Of a stretch of 64,000 bases of DNA, positions 56,737 to 64,000 are shown piece after piece. Made by a program: the position numbers and the translations under genes. Under the pieces are notes generated by a model, which worked only from the letters and a program-made list of their open reading frames with translations, was not told the origin of the DNA and ran no database searches. Numbering within the stretch: position 1 is the stretch's first letter; each line of letters opens with the position of its first letter. The DNA comes from Anaerotignum sp. (lineage in GTDB: Bacteria > Bacillota > Clostridia > Lachnospirales > Lachnospiraceae), in NCBI GenBank assembly GCA_963591145.1, contig CAVARE010000039.1:4482-68481 (forward strand), written 5' to 3'.

Positions 56737-56806
56737 GTAAATATTCAGAACCACATTACCAGGAATCTGCCACTGGCAGCTTCTTCTGCATGCCTTGGCA
56801 TCGCAA
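56737..56806 (+). repeat. family A interspersed repeat, long form (copy A3) between ffh and rpsP
   Basis: GTAAATATTCAGAACCACATTACCAGGAATCTGCCACTGGCAGCTTCTTCTGCATGCCTTGGCATCGCAAG. Confidence 0.8.
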
Positions 56807-56855
56807 GAGTGCCACTGCGCCATCTTCCTGTTCATGTGAAGTTCAATTAACGTAA

Positions 56856-58241
56856 CTAAAACTTCATGCCCTTAAGACCCTTGAGACCTTTAAGACCCAT
56901 CATTCCGCCTAAGCCGCCCAGGCCTCTGCGACCCTTCTTGCCCTTCATGCCGCCCATCTTCTTCATAAGCTGCTTCATCTGTTCGAACTGCTTAACGAGA
57001 CGGTTGACCTCAGCGATATCTACCCCGGCGCCCTTAGCGATCCTATTCTTTCTCGATGGATTTAATATCTTAGGATTAGATCTCTCCTTAGGTGTCATGG
57101 AGTAAATGATGGCCTCGATGCGGGTAAGTTTCTTATCATCAATGTTAAGATCCGCGCCATTGCCCAGGCCTAAGCCCGGCATCATCTTAAGTATCTCACC
57201 CAGGCCGCCCATGTTTCTCATCTGCTGCATTGAGATCAGATAATCCTCAAATGTAAATTCATTCTTGCGCATATGGGCTGCGAGCTTCTCTGCATTTTCC
57301 GCATCTAAGTTCTGCTCCGCCTTCTCAATCAGAGACAGCACATCACCCATGCCCAGGATTCTTGATGCCATCCTGCCCGGATGGAATACCTCCAGGTCTG
57401 TCAGCTTCTCGCCCATGCCGGCATACATGATAGGTACCTGTGTAACCTGCCTTACTGATAACGCACTACCGCCTCTGGTATCGCCATCGAGCTTGGTGAG
57501 AATCACGCCATCCACGCCGATGCATTCCTTGAATCCTGCTGCGATATTTACCGCATCCTGACCTGTCATGGCATCCACAACGAGGAGCGTATAAGTGATA
57601 TCTAACTGGCTCTTGATTTCCTCCAGCTCTTCCATCATGTCTTCGTCAATCTGAAGACGTCCGGCTGTATCTATGATCACAACATTATTATTGTTGTTAA
57701 CCGCCTGCTGAAGTCCCGCCTTGGCAATGTCCACCGCCTTATGGTCTGTTCCCATCTCGAATACAGGAACGCCGACTCTCTCGCCGTTGATCTTAAGCTG
57801 TTCAATAGCTGCCGGACGGTAAATATCACATCCTACCAGCAATGGTCTCTTGCCCTGCTTCTTGAATAAGCCTGCCAGCTTAGCCGCCGTAGTGGTCTTA
57901 CCAGAACCCTGGAGACCCACCATCATGATTATGGTCTTGGCCATGCCAGGAAGTAACTGAAGCTCCACGGCTTCTCCACCCATCAGACTGGTAAGCTCTT
58001 CATTAACAATCTTAATGACCATCTGACCTGGCGTAAGACTCTGCATTACGTCCTCTCCGATGGCCTTCTCTTTAACACTATTTATAAACTGCTTTACAAC
58101 CTTGAAGTTAACATCGGCCTCTAAGAGCGCCATCTTGACTTCCTTCATCGCAGTATCAATGTCTGCTTCTGTAAGTCGTCCCTTGCTCTTCAGGTTCTTA
58201 AAAACATTTTGAAGTTTTTCACTAAGATTTTCAAATGCCAT
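56856..58241 (-). CDS. ffh: signal recognition particle protein Ffh
   Basis: 461 aa; GLQGSGKTTT, DTAGR, Met-rich M domain. Confidence 0.97.
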   Translation of the reverse strand: MAFENLSEKLQNVFKNLKSKGRLTEADIDTAMKEVKMALLEADVNFKVVKQFINSVKEKAIGEDVMQSLTPGQMVIKIVNEELTSLMGGEAVELQLLPGMAKTIIMMVGLQGSGKTTTAAKLAGLFKKQGKRPLLVGCDIYRPAAIEQLKINGERVGVPVFEMGTDHKAVDIAKAGLQQAVNNNNNVVIIDTAGRLQIDEDMMEELEEIKSQLDITYTLLVVDAMTGQDAVNIAAGFKECIGVDGVILTKLDGDTRGGSALSVRQVTQVPIMYAGMGEKLTDLEVFHPGRMASRILGMGDVLSLIEKAEQNLDAENAEKLAAHMRKNEFTFEDYLISMQQMRNMGGLGEILKMMPGLGLGNGADLNIDDKKLTRIEAIIYSMTPKERSNPKILNPSRKNRIAKGAGVDIAEVNRLVKQFEQMKQLMKKMGGMKGKKGRRGLGGLGGMMGLKGLKGLKGMKF

Positions 58242-58262
58242 ATATTATCTCCAGCATATCAG

Positions 58263-58577
58263 TCACAGCATCTCAAGTATCTGCCGCGCCAGGTCTCTGG
58301 CTTCATCAAGATCTCCGCAATTCTGTATGGTCTCGACCTTCTCCCGGATACTAATGAACTTCTCCACGAGCTTAAGCTTGGCCTCATAGCCTTCCAGCTG
58401 AGCGTTGCATCTCTTAATGATGTCATGCACGCCCTGTCTGCTGATGCCCTCATCCTCGGCGATCTCACCGAGCGAAAGGTTATCCAGCACATATAATTCA
58501 TATATATGCTTCTGATGCTCTGTCAGCAGATCCCCGTAGAAATCATATAGCAGTGACTGTTTAACAAATCCTTCCAT
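58263..58577 (-). CDS. ylxM: YlxM/UPF0122 putative DNA-binding protein
   Basis: 104 aa; LYDFYG.LLT..Q......Y...LSL.EIAE..GISRQ.V.D. Confidence 0.9.
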   Translation of the reverse strand: MEGFVKQSLLYDFYGDLLTEHQKHIYELYVLDNLSLGEIAEDEGISRQGVHDIIKRCNAQLEGYEAKLKLVEKFISIREKVETIQNCGDLDEARDLARQILEML

Positions 58578-58586
58578 AGCTTGGGT

Positions 58587-58615
58587 ATGATACTACACGG
58601 AGTATATGCTGTCAA
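58587..58615 (-). promoter_or_regulatory. sigma-A promoter of ylxM-ffh, placed so that the mRNA is leaderless or nearly so
   Basis: minus strand TTGACA-17 nt-TATCAT; only 9 nt between the -10 box and the ATG; no Shine-Dalgarno sequence. Confidence 0.6.
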
Positions 58616-58891
58616 GCATTTTTACTTTACACTTCATAACTTTCGCCACAAAAATACTGCCCAGATATAAAATTCAGTGTTTGCTGTATTTCCGCGTTTT
58701 CTAGGCTCTGCAGTGTACTTGTCATGAAAAGTAGACGCGAAAAATATTGATGCTCAAAATTTCTGTATGATGTGTAAAGCTGATAGCTGTAAATGCATCC
58801 GCCTCGATTTCTACAAAGATCTAATCCATCTCATCACGGAGTAACTGCTCACGGATAAAAATCTCTTAAATTTACTCCAGCCGAGATGGCA

Positions 58892-59506
58892 TCATTTAAC
58901 ATGACAAGATTTCTCTTCCATCTCCGCGTTAATAGCGTCCTCGGATGCCTGCATGGCCTCCAGTGTCTTCTCAAGAAGCTCATCCAGTTCCCATCCGAGC
59001 TGCTCGGCTCCTCTGGCGATCACTTCTCTGGAACAGCCTGCTGCAAAACCTTTACTCTTGTATTTTTTCTTAAGGGACTTCAGATCCATATCCTTAGTGC
59101 TCTTTGAAGGTCTCATAAGAGATGCCGACCAAATCAGACCTGTCAGCTCATCCGCCGCAAATAAAACCTTTTCCATCAAATGAGTCGGCTCCACGTCAAT
59201 GGTTGTACCATTGCCAACCGTGATGCCATATCCATGTGAGCAGACACTGTGAATAATATCCTCTCCCACACCGGCTTCTCTTAAAAGTTCTGGTGCCTTA
59301 AGGCAATGCTCGTCCGGATACTGTTCGAAATCGATATCATGCAGGAGTCCGACGATGCCCCAGTACTCTGCATCCTCTTCGAATCCCAGTTCCTTGGCAT
59401 ACCATTTCATGACCGCCTCTACCGTAAATGCATGCTGGATATGAAACGGATCCTTGTTGTATTTCTTAAGTAATTCGACTGCTTTCTCTCTTGAAATGTA
59501 ATTCAT
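58892..59506 (-). CDS. HD-domain metal-dependent phosphohydrolase (HDIG-like)
   Basis: 204 aa; HAFTVEAVM..., GLLHDIDFEQYPDEH. Confidence 0.8.
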   Translation of the reverse strand: MNYISREKAVELLKKYNKDPFHIQHAFTVEAVMKWYAKELGFEEDAEYWGIVGLLHDIDFEQYPDEHCLKAPELLREAGVGEDIIHSVCSHGYGITVGNGTTIDVEPTHLMEKVLFAADELTGLIWSASLMRPSKSTKDMDLKSLKKKYKSKGFAAGCSREVIARGAEQLGWELDELLEKTLEAMQASEDAINAEMEEKSCHVK

Positions 59507-59810
59507 TTTAATTTTCTCCTTGCTTACTTCATTTTTGCTCCGGCGCTTTTCTTCCGCCTGCCTTTACTCCGATAATATGGCTGATCTGGCGGCTGGTCAC
59601 TATAGGATAAATATCATTTGCCTTTAAATCAAGGATTTTTTAAGCCATTTGAAAAGGGGCGATCCTGATCTTCGCCCGAAGAAACCTCTGCCGCGCAATT
59701 TGCCGCTGGCAAATTACATATATATAGTTTAAAATACAAGAGGTTATGCACTTTCTCAGGCTAAAGCAGTAAGGCATTCCATTAGCTTTATTTATGGAGA
59801 AATATTCAAT

Positions 59811-61568
59811 ATGTCATCTAGCAGATATTATAAGAAGCGCCGCAGAAGGCGCAGAAGACGATATACGAGACGTATCAATCCTTTAATTATCATCATTCCG
59901 GTTATCATATTAGTGGCAGCGGTTGTTCTGATCGTTACACTTACCAGAAATACTGACAACTCTGTTATGCGATACCTGGGTTCAACCAATGCGGGGGTAG
60001 CATATTATTCCTACGATGAGACTGAGCAGCGCCTCATTAAGGCTTCGGGTACACTTCAGCGTGGTATCCAGGTTAAGGATCTGAACCAGGAATATACAGA
60101 AAATGGCGTAACATATACAATTATTGAATACAATGGTGAGAACTATTACATCTCTCGTTCGGCTCTGGTGGACTCTATGGATGATGTGGTTCAGGAAACC
60201 GAGCTCTGGGTGCGCACGTCAGCCACTGTTTATACCAACGAATCAGGGCCTGAGATCGCATCATTTGCCAAGAAGGGATCCTGCCTTACGGTTATAGGCT
60301 ATGATGAGCTTCAATCTGACGGTTCGGTTTACAAATATGAGGTAAGCTTCACCGATTCCACTGGTAAGGATGTAACCGGTTGGGTTTATGGTAAATATCT
60401 TAAAGACAATGAAGAGGATGCTCTCGCCATTAACGAGGAAGTATATGCTATACATAAGGACCGTATATACAGCGGCCTAGATCTGGGCGGCGGACTTCCG
60501 TCAAGTCTTGACTGGTATCCTGTTGAGAAGCCTTCATTTGCGGATAATCCGATCTGCGAATTCGCCCGCGGCATGTATATCACGGTGGACGGCGTCCAAT
60601 ATATCGACGCTTATATTGCGATTGCCAAGGAAAATGGCGTTAACTGCATGGTTATTGATATCAAGGACGGCACCCTGGCATACAAGGTAGAGTCGATCAA
60701 GGATATCTCACCGACTTCATATAATAATGCATATTTTGCAGATGCTGATGACTATGCCGCAGCAATTCAGAAATGTAAGGACGAGGGCTTCTATGTTATC
60801 GGCCGTATAGTTGCATTTAATGACTCATTATATGCCGCTGATCATCCTGAAACGTGTATTGAATCAGAATCTTCTACACAGTTATGGCCGTCCGGCTATA
60901 GCCGCGACTGCTGGTATTATAATCTGTTGCTGGCAACGGACGCTGTCGAAAGATGCGGATTTAACGAGATCCAGTTCGACTATGTGCGTTTCCCGGAGGA
61001 ATCCTACAGCATGTCGCAGGATCCGACCAGCGACTTCAAGAATACCTATGGTGAGGACAAGGTCGAGGCAATACAGAACTTCTGCTACTATGCTGCTGAT
61101 GTTCTTCATGAACTGGGTGTATATGTTTCAGCCGACGTATTCGGTGAATGCGTTTACAAATATATCACCGCATACGGTCAGTACATGCCAGCCATTGCCC
61201 TGGTTGTGGACGCGGTCAGCGCCATGCCTTACACGGACCACTTCGGAACTGATACCGATACGTGGTCTGATCCATATACTACATTATATGACTGGGGCCT
61301 GAGCTGCGTGGCCCGCTTAAACGAGACACCAAATGCAGCCATCGCCCGCACATGGATCACCTGCTATAACGTCCCATGGTGGAATCCTACAGTCACATGC
61401 GATGCCGACTACGTCGCTAAACAGGTGCAGGGTCTGGTGGATGCTGGTCTGACAGGCGGCTTCCTTACATGGAACGGTGTGGCAAATAGAACCAAATATG
61501 AGGAGATGGGTGCCGCCTGGGGATATAATTATGTACCTAGCACCGCCACCGAAACTGACGAGGAATAG
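59811..61568 (+). CDS. membrane-anchored putative glycoside hydrolase (DUF4015/GHL TIM-barrel type) with SH3-like N-terminal region
   Basis: 585 aa; N-terminus KKRRRRRRRRYTRR followed by a TM segment; IQFDYVRFPE motif. Confidence 0.65.
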   Translation: MSSSRYYKKRRRRRRRRYTRRINPLIIIIPVIILVAAVVLIVTLTRNTDNSVMRYLGSTNAGVAYYSYDETEQRLIKASGTLQRGIQVKDLNQEYTENGVTYTIIEYNGENYYISRSALVDSMDDVVQETELWVRTSATVYTNESGPEIASFAKKGSCLTVIGYDELQSDGSVYKYEVSFTDSTGKDVTGWVYGKYLKDNEEDALAINEEVYAIHKDRIYSGLDLGGGLPSSLDWYPVEKPSFADNPICEFARGMYITVDGVQYIDAYIAIAKENGVNCMVIDIKDGTLAYKVESIKDISPTSYNNAYFADADDYAAAIQKCKDEGFYVIGRIVAFNDSLYAADHPETCIESESSTQLWPSGYSRDCWYYNLLLATDAVERCGFNEIQFDYVRFPEESYSMSQDPTSDFKNTYGEDKVEAIQNFCYYAADVLHELGVYVSADVFGECVYKYITAYGQYMPAIALVVDAVSAMPYTDHFGTDTDTWSDPYTTLYDWGLSCVARLNETPNAAIARTWITCYNVPWWNPTVTCDADYVAKQVQGLVDAGLTGGFLTWNGVANRTKYEEMGAAWGYNYVPSTATETDEE

Positions 61569-61644
61569 CGCGGCAAATATACTGGCAGAATTAAAGAAAC
61601 TGGCAATTTTCGGCCATCGAAAAAGCGAGAGTTTCTGGTTATAG

Positions 61645-61680
61645 AATAAGGCATCAGATCTTACGGTCTGATGCCTTATT
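61645..61680. terminator. bidirectional intrinsic terminator between convergent genes
   Basis: AATAAGGCATCAGAT-CTTACG-GTCTGATGCCTTATT with flanking A/T runs on both sides. Confidence 0.8.
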
Positions 61681-61682
61681 TG

Positions 61683-64000
61683 TCATCTTGCTGATGCTCT
61701 GCGTTTCTTTCTTCTTATACGCAGTACAAGAATTGCGGCTGCCGCCAGGAATATCACGACGCCGATTATCCATGATGCATTTGATTCCGACTTAACCGTG
61801 GCCTTGCCTGCTGCCTTATAGCCTTCAAATGTTCTCTCATAGACATTGCCTGCAGCATCCTTAGCGACTACCTTGACATTTGCTGCTGTATCTGACTCCG
61901 GAATGCTAAAGCTGTAGGTCTCACCATCCACAGCGTAATCCACCTTCTGGTCATCTACATAAATGTCCACCTCATCTAACTGAATATTATCCTTGATGAT
62001 CATCTCGCCTGACGAGGTGTCATTAACAGTGCTCGCATCAGAGCAGTCAATAATAAGGGGATCTGTATTATCTACGCTGAATTCTATTGAGGAGCCCTTG
62101 ATCTCGTTAGAATTAGAATTGCCTGCCTCATCTTCAGAATAAATGAACATCTTGTATCGTCCGTCATCCTTGAAGGTATCGGCATTAATGGTATATTGGT
62201 AGATCTTCTTATTCTCTGAATTGCCCGTCAGCATTACATCGTAGTCAGTGCCCTTCTCAAGTTCATAGGTTTCATCATCCTTAGAGACCGTGATCTTGAT
62301 GGAATCCTCAACCAGCTTGTCCTGGTTCTGCTCGCAGACTACAATGGTGCCCGTCTCCTTAAGTGACTTGCCATTCACGCTTTCCAGGGCAGACAGATCA
62401 TAGGTGGAGCCCTCGGTATTTACATGCTGGGTCTCGGATTCACTTTCCTTAGCAGACTCTTCCAAAGCAGCGGCCTCGCTGGCCAGCTCCGCAGCCTCGG
62501 ATTCGGCTTCCTTCGTAAGAGCTGTATCCGCGCCTGATGAAGACGGCTGTGAGTTCGTTGATGAAGATTTATTCTGGGACGAGGTGCTCTGGGTGCGCGT
62601 GCTTGATGCCGTGCTGTAGGTGCCTGAATATGTTGAGGCTGAAGGCTTGTAGACATATTGCGGCACATAGACATACTGGATGTTGCTCTCAGTCTCGGGC
62701 TCGGCGATGGTGGTAGTCTCTGGCTCTGCTGCAGAGGTGGTTTCTGGCTCAAATGCAGTTGTGGTCTCTGATTCTTCAGCGGCAGAGGTTGTCTCCTGTT
62801 CCGCTGAGGAAATCTCTGACTCTGCTGCAGAGGTAGTCTCTGGCTCAAGCGCAGTTGTGGTCTCCGATTCAGCGGCTGGGGTTTCTGTCTCAGCAACTGG
62901 GGTGGTCTCAATCTCGTCAGAGGCTTCCTGTTCCACAATCAGAGTTGTCTCTAATTCTGACTCAGATACGCTCTCCGACTCAATCGCGATTGTGGTCTCT
63001 GGTTCTGCTGCCAGAGATATCTCTTCCTGATTAACATCATCAGTAAGCTCCGCTGTATCCTCCAGTACGCTATGCTCTGGTTCTGCAAGTTGTGAATTCG
63101 TCTCAGTATCCGGCGCAGCTGTCGTTTCCATATTGTCTGTAGCCTCTGTTGCGGCTTCTTCTGCCAAATCAGATTCTGCAGTCAGACCCACTTCTGTTAC
63201 GCTTTCAGTCTCTAATTCAGAGTCGGGATCAGCTACAACTTCAGTCGCCATATCTGTAGCTGTCTCCACCTCTGCGCTCTGCTCTTCAGTTGAAGATTCT
63301 TCCTGTGATGTGAGTTCATGGTTCGTTTCCAGCTCAGCCTCCGACTCTGATTCTGTTTCTGCCTCCGTTACGGTTTCTAACTCCGACTCAGATTCTGATT
63401 CCTCTTCGAATTCATTCTCTTCTGTTGATTCTTCCTGCATAGCAGTCTCATCCACATACTCCGCCTCTGCTGTAGTTTCTACCTCTTCAGCTACATCTGT
63501 CTCCGTTGATGCTGTGGCTTCAATTGCATCCTCAGTTTCAATCTCTGCCCCTGCTGTGACCTCGTCAATCGTCTCTGCAGTAGTTTCGCTCTCCGCTTCT
63601 GTTACAGCTTCCGCCTCACCAGCAATTTCAGTCCCAGGCTCTGCTGTAGCTTCCATCTCTCCAGCAGCTTCAGTCTCAACATCTGCTGTGGCTTCATTTT
63701 CTGCCTCTTCGCCAGCAACTTCTATCTCTGCCTCTACTGCAACCTCTTCCACAGATTCAGTCTCCGCCTCCACCACCTGCGGTGCGACCACTCCATAATA
63801 CTGTTCACTATAATAATCTCCATTATTATCAGTAAATCCCAGTTCAACGGTCAGTGTCTGCAGTGCATATGTTTCTACCTGCCTTACAAGCGCAGTTATG
63901 GCATCCGCATTTGCCGCCTGTATCACCCAGCTGCCAGGATCGTTCTGTATTAAGGCGCCATCAGCATCCGCTGACTGTAATGTCACATATTCCTGACCAG
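61683..64000 (-). CDS. large cell-surface protein (5' end outside the window): highly acidic T/E/A/S-rich low-complexity region, Ig-like beta domains, C-terminal TM anchor with basic tail
   Basis: frame stays open to the window edge (the GTG at 63986 is internal); ETTSAAEPETT-type repeats; C-terminus WIIGVVIFLAAAAILVLRIRRKKRRASAR; no LPXTG. Confidence 0.75.
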   Translation of the reverse strand, partial: GQEYVTLQSADADGALIQNDPGSWVIQAANADAITALVRQVETYALQTLTVELGFTDNNGDYYSEQYYGVVAPQVVEAETESVEEVAVEAEIEVAGEEAENEATADVETEAAGEMEATAEPGTEIAGEAEAVTEAESETTAETIDEVTAGAEIETEDAIEATASTETDVAEEVETTAEAEYVDETAMQEESTEENEFEEESESESELETVTEAETESESEAELETNHELTSQEESSTEEQSAEVETATDMATEVVADPDSELETESVTEVGLTAESDLAEEAATEATDNMETTAAPDTETNSQLAEPEHSVLEDTAELTDDVNQEEISLAAEPETTIAIESESVSESELETTLIVEQEASDEIETTPVAETETPAAESETTTALEPETTSAAESEISSAEQETTSAAEESETTTAFEPETTSAAEPETTTIAEPETESNIQYVYVPQYVYKPSASTYSGTYSTASSTRTQSTSSQNKSSSTNSQPSSSGADTALTKEAESEAAELASEAAALEESAKESESETQHVNTEGSTYDLSALESVNGKSLKETGTIVVCEQNQDKLVEDSIKITVSKDDETYELEKGTDYDVMLTGNSENKKIYQYTINADTFKDDGRYKMFIYSEDEAGNSNSNEIKGSSIEFSVDNTDPLIIDCSDASTVNDTSSGEMIIKDNIQLDEVDIYVDDQKVDYAVDGETYSFSIPESDTAANVKVVAKDAAGNVYERTFEGYKAAGKATVKSESNASWIIGVVIFLAAAAILVLRIRRKKRRASAR

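Noticed and set aside
62404-63798. Several 70-220-aa ORFs in alternative frames and on the plus strand (62404-62619, 62420-62938, 62680-63030, 63133-63798)
   Set aside because: They are Ser/Val/Ala- or Pro/Gln/Arg-rich translations of the low-complexity acidic repeat region of the surface protein gene. They have no independent signals.

Overview
This is a 64-kb chromosomal window from a Firmicute of class Clostridia. Gene content, Bacillus-like synteny and several secreted CE1-type esterases suggest a Lachnospiraceae-like fibre degrader, but that is inference only. I support about 58 protein-coding genes (mostly on the minus strand), 3 tRNAs, one pseudogene remnant, several consensus sigma-A promoters, intrinsic terminators and a CIRCE operator. 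I see no rRNA, CRISPR array, intact IS or prophage. Four housekeeping blocks are present: ispF-cysS-mrnC-rlmB (22.2-25.5 kb); prmA-iscS-thiI-mtaB-ireB-ruvX-yrzB-rnj-[mltG-position gene]-trmR-U32 (31.3-43.5 kb); hrcA-grpE-dnaK-dnaJ (49.2-54.6 kb); and ylxM-ffh-rpsP-KH-rimM-trmD (54.6-58.6 kb). Accessory segments lie between them. The items most worth a second look are these. (1) A three-gene cytoplasmic flavoprotein reductase operon (44.1-49.0 kb) pairs a Frd/KstD-like FAD enzyme with a NuoG-N-terminus::GltD/NfnB fusion and an FMN-site-less NuoF-like Fe-S protein, behind a perfect promoter and a ~200-nt structured leader. (2) A SauUSI-type modification-dependent restriction enzyme lies 14 nt upstream of a NudG/MutT-like NUDIX gene. 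It sits in a small decayed islet next to a tRNA-Leu gene, together with an orphan Phd/YefM antitoxin and a BrnA remnant. (3) Two families of interspersed structured intergenic repeats occur (a ~70-nt family A and a ~92-nt hairpin family B), and family B shows compensatory stem changes between copies. (4) An unclassified promoter-to-terminator leader RNA with a twice-repeated CGGACGG motif precedes a MATE efflux gene. (5) A stand-alone tRNA-Leu carries an A34 (AAG) anticodon. (6) The gene at the mltG position keeps only the N-terminal LysM-like module and carries four 40-aa tandem repeats. All family assignments come from motif recognition by eye; no database search was run.
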